Origin: Octopus sinensis
Lineage: Eukaryota
Assembly (NCBI RefSeq): GCF_006345805.1
Contig: NC_043014.1
Location: 25,234,001-25,298,000 of the forward strand
DNA length: 64,000 nt
Direction of reading: 5' to 3'
The stretch's first letter is position 1, and each line of letters begins with the position of its first letter. Below are positions 23,480-36,651 of the stretch, one piece after another. Both the position numbers and the translations under genes were made by a program. Below the pieces are notes generated by a model, which did no database searches, had not been told where the DNA came from, and worked only from the letters and a program-made list of their open reading frames with translations.

Positions 23480-23683
23480 GAAATAAGATTAAGATTAATG
23501 TAAAAAATAAATATCACTGAAGCAAAATAACACCAAATATATGGTGCGTGTGTTTTTATTGGCTAAACTGGCAATATGACCATTCCGAAATATAACAATA
23601 TCTGTTTCAACACACGACTTCACATAAAAAATCTTGCACAACAAATATTTAAACGTATATATATATAGATATGTATATACATT

Positions 23684-23715
<32 letters not shown>

Positions 23716-23829
23716 TAGATATGTATATACATTTGTATTTATATATATATAGATATGTATATACATTTGTATTTATATATATATATATATATATATATAG
23801 ATATATATATCGATATGTATATACATTAT

Positions 23830-25857
23830 GTGGGCTATGGCCTAGTCACCCACATTGTAAACCAGGTAGTTCACAATGGAGTCATACCCAATGACTGGCG
23901 TAGCAGCACCATAGTCAACTGCTACAAGGGTAAGGGCGATGCTCTGGATAGAAATAACTACAGGGGTATTAAACTGTTGGATCAGGTGATGAAGGTCACA
24001 GAGAGGGTCATAACCCATCTCATTAGGGAGACAATTTGCTTAGATGAGATGCAGTTCAGTTTTGTGCTGGGTAGAAGCACCACTGATGCTATATTCCTGG
24101 TCCGACAACTGCAGGAGAAGTACCTAGCTAAAGATAAACCCCTCTAGATAGCTTTTGTGGAGTTGGAGAAAGCCTATGACAGGGTTCCCCGATCCCTTAT
24201 CTGGTGGTCGATGCGGAAACTGGAAATTGATGAATGGCTAATAAGGGCTGTACAGGCTCTATACAGAGAGGCTGTCAGCAAAGTTAGGATTGGCAACGCA
24301 TATAGTGAAGAATTCCGGGTAGAAGTAGGTGTACACCAAGGCTCAGCCCTCATTCCCCTTTTATTCATCATAGTCCTCCAGGCAATAACAGAGGAATTCA
24401 AAACAGGATGCCCCTGGGAGCTCCTCTATGCTGATGACCTGGCTCTCATAGCAGAATCACTACCGGAACTAGAAAAGAAATTTCGGGTGTGGAAGCAAGG
24501 GTTAGAATCAAAGGGCCTTAGAGTAAATGTAGCAAAGACCAAAGTTATAGTAAGCAGAAAGGCGAACTCAGCACACACCCCCTCGGGCAGGTGGCCCTGC
24601 TCGATCTGTAGGAAAGGTGTAGGTAGAAACTCCATAAGATGCACCCAATGTAAGCTATGGATGCATAAGAGGTGCAGCAACATCAAAGGGAAATTAACTG
24701 ATAAGATAGCTTTCATGTGTGGCAGATTCACAGGGACAATAGACACCACAGACACTCAGAAAACTGATTCCATCACACTCCAGGGGGAGAAACTAGAAGT
24801 AGTTGATAGTTTCCGCTACCTGGGTGACCAAGTTAGTAGTGGAGGTGGATGCTCAGAGAGTATCACCACTAGAATACGAATAGCCTGTGCAAAGTTCAGA
24901 AAGCTCCTACCCCTACTGGCGACAAAAGGTCTCTCGCTCAGAGTGAAAGGTAGATTGTATGATTCATGTGTGCGAACTGCCATGCTTCACGGTAGTGAAA
25001 CATGGGCTGTGACTGCAGAGGACATGCGTAGACTTGAAAGAAATGAAGCTAGCATGATCCGCTGGATGTGTAATGTCAGTGTGCATGCACGACAGAGTGT
25101 AAGCAACCTGAGAGAAATGCTGGACATAAGAAGCATCAGATGTGGTGTGCAAGAGCGACGCTTGCGATGGTATGGTCATGTACTGCGGATGGATGAGGAG
25201 AGATGTGTGAAGAAGTGCCACTCCCAAAGAGTTGAAGGTATCAGGGGGAGAGGTAGACCCAGGAAGACATGGGATGAGGTAGTCAAGCATGACCTCAGAG
25301 CGTTGGGCCTCACTGACGCAATGGCGAAGGACCGAGATCTCTGGAGATATGATGTGACTGCAAAGACCCGGGCTGCTTCCTGCACCAGTTCCGCATAGCC
25401 CACTGCCCATTTAAAATACCCTGGATCCCGGAACGTCTCGCTGTGCTTGAGGAGACCTGTTGAGTCAAGTGCATGTACATGAACATCGAAACAAATATCA
25501 ATGGAAATAGTAGTTGTGATAGCAGTGCCGGTGGCACATAATAAGCACTATCCGAACGTGGCCGTTGCCAGCACCGCCTTGGCTGGCTTCCGTGCCGGTG
25601 GCACGTTAAAAGCTCCAACCGATCGTGGTCGATGCCGGACCCCCCTGGCACCTGTGCAGGTGGCACGTAAAAAGCACCCACTACACTCGCGGAATGGTTG
25701 GCGTTAGGAAGGGCATCCAGCTGTAGAAACTCTGCCAGATCAGACTGGAGCCTGGTGCAGCCCCTGGCTTCCCAGACCCCGGTCGAACCGTCCAACCCGT
25801 GCTAGCGCGGAAAACGGACGTTAAACGATGATGATGATGATGATGATGATGATGATA
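23830..25857 (+). mobile_element. RTE LINE, 5'-truncated, best-preserved copy
   Basis: RT frame open from ~23830 to 25398 except one in-frame TAG at 24145-24147; motifs EKAYDRVP, GVHQGS, LLYADDL; long (GAT)n tail. Confidence 0.96.
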
Positions 25858-25877
25858 TAAAGATATATATATACATT

Positions 25878-25945
<68 letters not shown>

Positions 25946-26029
25946 GATAGATAGATAGATAGATAGATATATATATACATTTGTATTTATATATATATAT
26001 ACATTTATATATACATACACACACACATA

Positions 26030-26103
<74 letters not shown>

Positions 26104-26133
26104 ATATACATACATACATATATATATATATAT

Positions 26134-26445
26134 AGTGAGGGCGCGTGGCTTAGTGGTTAGGGCATTCGGCTCATGATCGTAAGGTTGTGAGTTCGATTCC
26201 CGGCGACGCGTTGTGTCCTTGAGCAAGACACTTTATTTCACATTGCTCCAGTCCACTCAGCTGGCAAAAATGAGTTGTACTTGTATTTCAAAGGGTCAGC
26301 CTTGTCACTCTCTGTGTCACGCTGATTATCCCCGAGAACTACGTTAAGGGTACACGTGTCTGTGGAATGCTCAGCCATTTGCACGTTAATTTCACGAGCA
26401 AGCTGTTCCGTTGATCGTATCAGCTGGGACCCATTCCATATATAT
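26134..26445 (+). mobile_element. tRNA-derived SINE family 2
   Basis: A box TGGCTTAGTGG, B box GTTCGATTCC, then GTGTCCTTGAGCAAGACACTT and CCAGTCCACTCAGCTG central domain. Confidence 0.85.
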
Positions 26446-26467
26446 ATATATATATATATATATAAAC

Positions 26468-28292
26468 ACATCATCATCGTTAAGTGTCGCTTTCCATGCT
26501 AGCATGGGTTGGACTGTTCAATTGATGTGTGTGAAGGCCGGAGGCTGCACCAGGCCCAGTCTGATCTGGCAATGTTTCTACAGCTGGATGGCCTTCCTAA
26601 CGCCAAACACTCCGTGAGTGTAGTGGGTGCTTCTTACGTGCCACCGACATAGGTGCCAGACAAGGCTGGCAAATGGCCACAATTGGATGGTGATTAATAC
26701 GTGCCACCGGTACGGTGGCCAAGCAAGGCTGGCAACGGCCACGTTCGGATGGTACTCTTACGTGCCTTCGGCACTGGTATCACAGCTACAACTACCATTG
26801 ATGTTGATCGATTAAGATTTTGATTTTGATTCTGATTTCTCACTCGCCTCAACAGGTCTTCACAAGTAGAGTTTTGTGTCCCAAGAAGGAAAAGTACACA
26901 TAAGTGGATCAGCTACATCCCAGGTAGAGGCCACGTGTTATGGTCTCACTAGTCATGCCGGGTCTTCTCAGGCACAGCATACTTCCATAGGCCTCGGTCT
27001 CTAGTCATTTCCTCGGTGAGACCTAAAGTTTGAAGGTTGTGCTTCACCATCTCGTCCCAGGTTTTCCTGGGTCTACCTCTTCCACAGGATCCCTCAACTG
27101 CCAGGGTGTGGCACATTTTCACACAACTATCTTCATCCATGCCACATGTCCATACCAGCGCAAACGTCTCTCTTGCACACCACATCTGATGCTTCTTAGG
27201 TCCAACATTTCTCTCAAGGTACTTACACTGTCGAGTATGAACACTGACATTACACATCTATCGGAGCATACTGGCTTCATTTCTTGCGAGCTTACGCATG
27301 TCCTCAGTAGTCACAGCCCATGTTTCACTGCCATGTAGCATGGCTGTTCGTACATATGTGTCATACAGTCTGCTTTTTACTCTGAGCGAGAGGCCCTTTG
27401 TCTCCAGCAGAGGTAAGAGCTCTCTGAACTTTACCGAGGCTATTCTTACTCTAACAGTTACACTTTCAGCACACCCTCCCCACTACTGACTTGGTCACCT
27501 AGGTAACGGAAGCTATCAACTATTTCTTGTTTTTTTCCCTGGAATGTGGCGGAGGTTGGTTTCTGCGCATTTTTGGTGTTTACTGCTCCTGAGCATCTGC
27601 CACATACAAAAACTATTTTCCTAGTTAGTCTTCCTTTGACATTGCTGTACCTCTTATATGTCCATAGCTTACACTTGGTGCGTCTTATAGAGTTTCTACC
27701 TACGCCTTTTCTACAGATCGAGCAGGCTATAGCCGACACTACCAGATATTTTGAGCATCGCTGCAGTAATTCCTGATGGGCCTGAGGCTTTCCCTGTCTT
27801 CATGCTTCTAATTACCTTAACTACCAAGGAACTGTCAACTCGGATACCTGGTCCCTCTGTTGGGTTGACATTCGGAAGACTCTCTTTATCCCATTCATTT
27901 TCCTTATTCAGCAACCTTTCATAGTGGCATATCCAAACCTCTCTCTTTGCATCCTCATTTAGCGCAAGTGAACCATCATCTTCGCGAACTCATTTCTCTC
28001 CTACCACATCACGATTCTCTCTCACACACTGTCTTGCAACACGAAATACCTAAAGTCTTTGGTCCTCACGGTGCAGAACAATGGAAAATTTTTTCTTATC
28101 TGCTTCCCCTCTGGCTAAAAACACCTGCCTCCTAGCTTCCCTTCTGGCAGTCTTGTACACTTCCCTGCTACCACCGTTCTTCCAGTCCTTCCAAGCCTGT
28201 TTCTTTTGTCTAATAGCCCTGTCAACAACATTGTTCCACCACGGTGTTATTTTGGGTCTAGAGCGGACTTCGCACCAACCACAGATCTGGTC
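26468..28292 (-). mobile_element. RTE LINE, 5'-truncated, ~720-bp internal deletion
   Basis: Collinear with 5707-8399 except for a jump at 27724-27726 (AGG). Confidence 0.93.
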
Positions 28293-28324
28293 AGTATATA
28301 TATATATATACATATAATATACAT

Positions 28325-28515
28325 ACCGGAGTAAACACATAAATGTGAAACAAGGTGGAAAAAAGAGTACTCAAATACCAGTGGTAGAGTAATATGCTTT
28401 ATTTAAAGCAGCAGAAAATTCAACAAAACCTGTTACTGCAAAAACTGTCCGATGAACGGCAACGGGAAACTCAGAGTAACAGGTTTTGTTGAATTTTCTG
28501 CTGCTTTAAATAAAG
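28325..28515. mobile_element. Short fold-back element with 41-bp perfect arms and an HHR-like core
   Basis: Arms 28397-28437 and 28475-28515; CTGT-CCGATGA-ACGGCAACGG-GAAACTCAGAGTA^ACAG at 28445-28482. Confidence 0.7.
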
Positions 28516-28549
28516 TATAATATACATATATATATTTATACATATATAT

Positions 28550-29210
28550 ATTCTTTTATTCTTTCAGTCATTTGACTGTGGCCATACTGGAGCACCGCTT
28601 TTAGTCGAGCAAATCAACCTCAGGATTTATTATTGGTTAAGCCTAGTACTTATTCTGTCGGTCTCTTTTCTTGCCCCACCACTAAGTTATGGGGACGTAA
28701 ACACACCAGCATCGGTTGTTAAGTGATGTTGGGGCGACAAACAGAGGTGCACACACATATATACACACACACATATATACATACATATATACATACATAC
28801 ATACATATATCTCCGTGCCGGTGGCATGTAAAAAGCACCATCCGATCGTGGCTGTTTGCCAGCCTCGTCTGGCACCTGTGTCGATGGCACATAAAAAGCA
28901 CCCACTACACTCACGGAGTGGTTGGCATTAGGAAGGGCATCCAGCCGTAGAAGCATTGCCAGATCAGATTGGGCCTGGTGCAGCCTTCTGGCTTCCCAGA
29001 CCCCAGTTGAACCATGCAACCCATGCTAGCATGGAAAGTGGACGCTAAACGATGATGATGATATATACAATGGACTTCTTCCTGTTTCCATCTACCAAAT
29101 CCACTCACAAGGCTTTAGGCGGCCTGAGGCTCTAGTAGAAGACACTTATCCAAGGTGCTATGCAGTGGGACTGAACCCGGAACCGTGTGGTTGGTAAGCA
29201 AACTACTTAT
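28550..29210 (-). mobile_element. SINE family 1 interrupted by an RTE 3' fragment
   Basis: 3' half at 28550-28745 and 5' half at ~29065-29210. Confidence 0.85.
28812..29061 (+). mobile_element. RTE LINE 3'-end fragment nested in a SINE
   Basis: UTR hairpin units, GGAAGGGCATCCAGC motif and (GAT)n tail. Confidence 0.9.
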
Positions 29211-29224
29211 GTGGACGCATGCTA

Positions 29225-29524
29225 ACAATATTCTTAACAATTAAACTTGGAAAAGTAGGGGACAAGAAAAACTCATTAAAATTAGAGCTTAAAATATTGC
29301 TGCTAAAATCAAAATTAAAAAGTACCGCTTTGGTACTTTTTCATATTTTAAAAAAAATTCAATCAATTTCAGTTTTCCTGTTTTATTTTAATTTTATTTT
29401 TTGTACTAAATGAATTGATAAAAGAATTTAAAATTTTAATTTTAGCAGCAATATTTTATGCTCTCATTTTAATGAGTTTTTTCTTGTCCTCTTCTTTTCC
29501 TGGTTTAATTTTTAAGAATATTGT
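29225..29524. mobile_element. MITE-like element with ~95-bp imperfect inverted repeats
   Basis: AACAATATTCTTAA...GCTGCTAAAATCAAAATT versus AATTTTAATTTTAGCAGC...TTAAGAATATTGTT. Confidence 0.7.
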
Positions 29525-29813
29525 TCGTATGCATCCATATCTTTCATTGGCTAGTCCAGTGTTTTTATAGGCATTGCAGTAATAGTAAAATTTTAATTAA
29601 AATATATAAGATGACCATTATTTGCAGTCATTTTGAATTCAAAAATTTTCAAGAAAATTCAAAACAAAATTTTGATTTTTTTCATTTGACTAATTCCCAC
29701 TTAGAAATTAAATTAAAAATGAATGATTATCATTGCAACTTTGCCTTTTCTGGACATAACGTACTGTTATTTTGATACTGTATAGAGACAAAGTTACAAA
29801 TGCATATATATAA

Positions 29814-30035
29814 CCCTTTTGTTACCAACTCGGCTGAAACCGGCTCTGGTTCTGTTGTACAAATGTCTTGTTTTCATAAGTTCTGAATTAAAATCTTCCA
29901 TCAAACCTTGGTCACAATTTATATTCCTAACACTAGCTTAATAATAATTAAGTTATTTTACTAAATTCTTTGTTATATTTAAAATTAATTGAAAGAAACA
30001 CAGAGCATCTCAAAATAAATGCAGTAACGAAAGGG
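29814..30035. mobile_element. piggyBac-type MITE (222 bp)
   Basis: TIRs CCCTTTTGTTAC / GTAACGAAAGGG; flanks ATAA (left) and TTAA (right). Confidence 0.75.
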
Positions 30036-30139
30036 TTAAAGAACTTTAAAAATAATGAAAAAATATGAGGATACAAATTTAATAAAGTGACTTTATTTTA
30101 AATAAATTAAATTAATATTGAATAGAATATAATTATAAG

Positions 30140-30420
30140 TAACATTTGCCTTTTCTGAACAGCCTTACTACAGACTTTGGTACTGCTCATAGAGAGAAAG
30201 CCACAAATAATCATATTCTATTCACAATAAAATTAATAAATAAATTATAAATAGTAATTTTTAGATGCAAATAATTAATTCCATGTTTAAAATTTTTTAA
30301 ATAGTTAAAATTGACTGTTAAAATATTTGAATTTTTGTCATTTGCCTTTTCTGAACAGCCTTACTACCTTATACAGGACTGCTGATAGAGATAAAATCAA
30401 AAAAATAAAAATATCTATTT
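30140..30420. repeat. Degenerate ~197-bp direct repeat
   Basis: ATTTGCCTTTTCTGAACAGCCTTACTAC at ~30144 and ~30340. Confidence 0.7.
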
Positions 30421-30628
30421 TAATAATATTCTTATTAAAATAATTTATTCAAAAATGGACTTTAAAAAGCCATACTACAAATATTTGAGCAAAAAAACTT
30501 TATTTCTTATAAAAAATAATTTAGATGAATGAAAATAAATATTAGAACTCTTTGTATCGATTTGTGTTGTCTTTTATCTTTTGTCATATGTTCGCGCCTA
30601 AGAAATATAGTTCCATATATTAGTAGTA

Positions 30629-31736
30629 GGCACAACTACAGATTTCTGTCTCTCCCTTGACTTTGAATGACCATAACTTTTAGAAAAATGGATATTTTTG
30701 CATAAACTTTTCTATGATTATTTGTTATATCATGTAGATTCCGAATATACAAAATTTTGGCAGGGAAAGTGTTTTGTAGAAGGTGGATGGGTGGGGGGGG
30801 GGGGGGGAGAAATTTCGGAAAATTCACCGGAGTCCAATTCAATTCATCTTAACTTTCAAGAAAATAGATATTTTTAAATGAAATTCTTTACAAATATACC
30901 TCGAACTATATTGATTCCAAGGTTATAGGAATTTGTGTGGAAAATAATTGCAGATTATTTTTGAGAACTCTTCCCCATTCAGAGGTGTTTTGGAACAATT
31001 CGTTCATATGTTTCATTCTCTCTGTTTTGTGCATTTGTGCATCCATAGATATCTATCACACACACACACGCACCTCCCCCCCACATATATATGTAACGAA
31101 AAAGTTCAAACAGGGGATTTTTCCATTCAATATGTTTATTATAGAGATTATGTAACAAATCATACTTTACACCTCTATATTTAACTGTGCGTGTATATTC
31201 CTTATTTTTGCTTTGGGTGTCTTCTGCCTTTCTATTAGAAACGCTTACCTGGGAATTTACTTAAAGTGAAATAAGAATTGTATGCAACAGATAAATTGTA
31301 TTAATAACATATTTCTGTGTACCAGACCTTTAGCTGTTATTTTTAGCATAACAAGTTTTCTGGTGAGGGTTTCATTTGCCTTCATTGCCTGTTTGTTGCT
31401 TCAGTAGGAATCTACGGATGCACAAACTACATCGTCCAAGGTATATTTTCTTTTTTTCTTTTTTACTTGTTTCAGTCATTTGACTGTGGCCATGTAGAGG
31501 ATTTCATTAAAAAACATCCATTTTCTTGAAAGTTAAGACGAATTGAAGTGGACTCCAGTGAATTTACCGAAATTCCCCTCCCCACCCATCCTAAAACACT
31601 TTCTCTGCCAAAATTCTGTTTATTCAGAATCGTCGTGATATAACACATATTTGTAGAAAATTTCATTTTAAAATATCCATTTTTCTGAAAGTTATGGTCA
31701 TCCAAATATGGAGGGGCAGAAATCTGTAGTTATGCC
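30629..31736. mobile_element. Non-autonomous DNA transposon with ~250-bp imperfect TIRs
   Basis: GGCACAACTACAGATTTCTG... (30629-30890) is inverted as ...CAGAAATCTGTAGTTATGCC (31500-31736); no clear TSD. Confidence 0.78.
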
Positions 31737-32731
31737 TGAGTAGTGTCCCTTTATCACGCAAAAGTTGATAAAAATTTGAGAATTAAAATTAAATATCGTT
31801 TTTTTCTAATGGATAAAGTTTCACGAAACTTTTATCAATGTATTCCTTCAACATTTCTCTTTCATATTAATATCAATATAATAATTCTTAATCAAAATTT
31901 TTGAAAATGGTGTGGATTCAAAGCGTCGAAGTCAGGTGTTACTACTCATCAATCAACCACATTGGTCTATGCATTTTGTCTCTTAACTTTTGTTCTACTG
32001 CACCAGATTTTAAGTATTTTATGTCAAAATGTAGCTTATTCACTAGTAGAACATAATTCAAAAAACTAAATTTGATTTCGATTAAAACTGAATTAGTGAG
32101 ACTGCTTGAAGACGCTGACTGCAACATAAAAGCTCTGTTAAGAATATTATTCAACTACAGTAGTAGTTGAATGATATATATATATATATATATTATTAGC
32201 ACAAAGCCTTAAGGATGCAGTGAGCATCAACCTACTTAGAAATGAGAGCTCAGGTCTCAATTCAGCCACCAGAAGGCACCAAAATCATAGAAAATAACAG
32301 TATGTGAGGAAATGAACAAAGAATTATAAGCATACATATAAAGATTATGCTGTTCATATGCTCATACACCATGGTTTTGGGTGCTAGCCTGAGGACCTCA
32401 ACCTTCTTCAGAATGAATTACTGGGCATGAAATTCCAGATCTGCCACGTTAATCATCCATTAGTGCTCTGGCTTCTTTTGCACCACAAACCAGCAACGGA
32501 TGGTACAAAATATTTATGAGCAAAAAACAATTGAATGTTTGCTCATATATGTGTGTGTGTTTGTGTATATATATAGATTAGAGAAAAACCACCTTTTAAC
32601 TATTCAACAATGAAATAACATTGATATAATTAAATCATACCATATAGAAAAAAATTAAATATATAATAAAACATATAGCAATAATTAAGTAAAGTACAAA
32701 ATAATAAATAAAAAGTATATAATTGGTAAAA

Positions 32732-32814
32732 AGACTACATGTGTTTCGTGGCTATATTTTCAAACTTATAACAGTAAAATCAATTCAATTTAAATATAGT
32801 CACTCTTCAGGTCC
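32732..32814 (-). ncRNA. Type I hammerhead ribozyme with intact core
   Basis: GGAC-CTGAAGA-GTGACTATATTT...AAATATAGCCAC-GAAAC-ACAT-GTA^GTCT; predicted cleavage 32736/32735. Confidence 0.68.
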
Positions 32815-33491
32815 AAGATAAAAACAATAAAATAATGAAGTAAATTGATATACATATATAATCTTGTAAGAACTAGAATAAATAGATGTAAATATTTATT
32901 CTATCTATAAAAATAAATTTTAACTTATATAAGAAATGAATAACAAACTATAATATATCATTACTAGAATATTTAAGACAAAATAAATGTATATATATAT
33001 ATATATATATATATAAATTACAAAATATACATTAAGTGAAACTAAAGTACTATAATTTAATCTATATACATTAAGTTAAATTGTTTATTTATTTAATAAA
33101 CATCTAATTTAAATCTTATCCTACTAACAAAAACTTCATGCTATGCTAACTTATATACATAATGCTACTACAAACTATGACTACAAGAATTAAAAATAGA
33201 AAATACTTCAAATATAAACACACCTATTAGTTAAACTTACTATATTAATAAATTTATATATAGTATTTATAGATTTAATATTTCACTCATTTATAGAATT
33301 AACCAAAATATCAATTAATATTAAAAGTATTTACTTAAATGTAATACTATGTAACAAATAAAACTCCTAACTATTAGAGAATATTTTGTCTTACAAAACT
33401 ATTTCACAAAGTAAATTATATGTAATACATTAATTCACAATATAATAATAATAAAATAATAATTACATAAATATATGTATCGTAACTAGGA

Positions 33492-35436
33492 AAGGGTCAT
33501 AGCCCAACTAATTAGGGAGAGAGTCAGCTTGGATGAGATGCAGTTTGGGTTCGTGCCAGGGAAAAGCACCACTGATGCCATATTTCTGGTTAGACAGCTG
33601 CAGGAGAAATACCTAGCCATAGATAAGCCCTTATACCAGGCTTTCGTTGACATGGAGAAAGCCTTAGACAGGGTCCCCCTATCACTTATCTGGTAGTCAA
33701 TGAGGAAACTAGGGAAAGATGAATGGTTAGTGAGAGCTGTGCAAGCCATGTACAGGGACGCTGTAAGTAAGGTGAGGGTTGGCAACAAGTACACTGAAGA
33801 ATTCCAGGTATAGGCGGGGTCCACCAATGTTCAGTCCTCATCTCCCTCCTATTTATCATAGTCCTCCAGGCAATAACGGAGGAATTCAAGACAGGATGCC
33901 CTTGGGAGCTCCTCTATGCTGATGACCTTGCCCTAATTGCTGAGTCACTATCAGAACTAGAGGAGAAGTTTCAAGTATGGAAACAAGGATTAGAATTGAA
34001 GGGCCTTAGAGTCCACCTAGCTAAAACCAAAGTCCTAATAAGTAGGAAGGCAGGCAAACCACAAACCCCTTCAGGTAGATGGCCCTGCTCGATCTGTAGA
34101 AATGTGTAGGTAGAAACTCTATAAGATGTACCCAGTGTAAGCTATGGACACATAAGAGGTGCCGTAATATCAAAGGAAGGCTAACTGGGAGGATAGTTTT
34201 TGTATGTGGCAGATTCTCGGGAGCAATAAATAACACTGAAAATATGCAGAGAACAACTTCCACCACATTCCAGGGAGAAAAACTAGAAGTAGTTGATAGC
34301 TTCCATTACCTAGGTGACCAAGTCAGTTGTGGGGAAGGGTGCGCTGAAAGTGTAGCGGCTTGAATAAGAATATCATGGGGTAAGTTCAGAGAGCTGTTAC
34401 CTCTGCTGGTGACAAAGGGCCTCTCGCTCAGAGTAAAAAGCAGACTGTATGACGCATGTGTACGAACAGCCATGCTACCTGGCAGTGAAACATGGGCCGT
34501 GACTGCTGAGGACATGCGTAAGCTCGCAAGGAATGAAGCTAGTATGCTCCACTGGATGTGTAATGTCAGTGTGCATACTCGACAAAGTGTTAGTACATTG
34601 AGAGAAATGTTGGAGCTAAGAAGCATCAGATGTGTTGTGCAAGAGAGACGACTGCACTGGTATGGTCATGTGGTGAGAATGGACGTGGATAGCTGTGTGA
34701 AAAAGTGCCACACCCTAGCAGTTGAGGGAACCTGAGGAAGAGGTAGACCCAGGAACACCTTGGATGAGGTAGTGAAGCATGACCTTCAAACATTGGGTCT
34801 CACTGTGGCAATGATTAGTGACTGGGAACTCGAGAAATATGCTGTGCTTCAAGACTTGGTAAGCTCAAGTGAGACCATAACCTCGTTGCCAGTCCACTTA
34901 TGCATGCCTTTCCTTCATTGGACACTAAACTCTGCTTGCGAAGACTTGTTGAGGCAAGTGAATCGAAATCGAAATCAAATTTGATAACTGGCACCCGTGC
35001 TAGTGGAGTGCTAAGAGTACCATATGAGTGAGATCGTTGCCAGAGCAATAAGCTGGCTTTCATGCCGATGGCACGTTAAAAACACCATTCGAGCATGATT
35101 GTTACCTGCGTTACCTTACTAGCACCTGTGCTAGTGGCACGTCAAAAACATTTGAAGCGAGGTCATTGCCAGTGCCGCTGGACTGGCTCTTGTGCAGGTG
35201 GTACATAAAAAGCACTATCTGAGCGTAGCTGTTGCCAGTACCACCTTACTGGCTCTCGTGCCAGTGGCACGTAAAAGCACCCACTACACTCCCGGAGTGG
35301 TTGGCGTTAGGAAGGGCATCCAGCTGTAGAAACCACCAGATCAGATTGGAGTCTGGTGCAGCCATCTGGTTCGCCAGACCTCAGTCAAATCATAGCATGG
35401 AAAGCGGATGTTAAACGATGATGATGATGATGATGA
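33492..35436 (+). mobile_element. RTE LINE, 5'-truncated
   Basis: MQFGFVPGKSTTDA, DMEKA, LLYADDL, 3' UTR and (GAT)n tail. Confidence 0.95.
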
Positions 35437-35899
35437 AACAATGTATAAATTAATATTTTAACAATAATATTCAAACACAATTCAGTTCAAAACTTAAATA
35501 ATATTGTCATATAAATATGTTACTTATCTTATCGAAGAACATTTTATAACTGAATTTTAAACGTAAAAACGTAGGCCTTAGTGTGTATAAGAAATTAAAC
35601 TCACAAAGACGTTGTGTAAAAAGATAGAATAAATTTATTAATGAAAGCGACAAAATATATTTATTAGTGAAAATAACAAAAAATATTTAAGCTTCTAGAA
35701 TCAAAGAATAAGAGAACAAAAAACTATAAATGACTATTTACTAAATAAATTTATATATTCATTTAATTATAAAAAAATATCCAAGTTTAAACGTATTCAA
35801 ATATAATAATATAACATATAATATCATGCTAATTTATACACTAACACTACTACATTATATCTACAATAAATAAATAATATAAAATGGTTTTATATATAT

Positions 35900-36610
35900 A
35901 TGGAAAATTAGCTAAACCTATCATATAAGTAAATTAATTTATGTTTGCACTTAATTTTACGCTCATCTAGTGAATTATCCGATACATAATTATATATTAA
36001 ATAATATTTCCTTAAATTCATTATTACAGGATTAACAAGAATAAAATTTTGCCTTACAAATTTCTCCCAAGTTAATTTATATTTAATACATTTAGATTCA
36101 AGTTCCCAAATATATTTACTGAGGCCTGTTGAATTAATTAGATTTCTGTTCCTAAAAGAATACATGTTAAGCCACTCTTAATTTAATTTTATTCGAAGTT
36201 GACCCTATATAGATAGTGTTTAAATTATAATCATTCATATTATCATCCATTAAAGTTACCATACATTTATAAACTACATTATCCAAATTACATTTATTAT
36301 TAAGTTGCATGTAGTCTTATCTCTCCATGTACAATAAATTATATCATGGTCTTTATTATTATTTTTAGAATCATTATTTAATTTATTTTTATAGAATTTA
36401 TTTAATTTAAATTCATTAAATGAAGAAATAATATTACCAACATTATTAGTAGTTGAATAACCAACTCCAAAATTATTACTAAAAAAAATGTTATAACATT
36501 TTTTATTATCCCTAATGAACATTTCAATTATATTCAAAATCTCTTTGATAACAATTGTTTTTACCTGAGCCCCAAAAGGAAAGTTTAACCATATTTTAAT
36601 CTTATTTTTA

Positions 36611-36651
<41 letters not shown>

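Noticed and set aside
26134-26215. Possible tRNA genes (also 38555 and SINE family 1 heads)
   Set aside because: A/B boxes are present, but the sequences run into SINE bodies without a complete acceptor stem.
31942-32520. Possible host exons or transposase fragment
   Set aside because: No recognisable motif or consistent splice structure.
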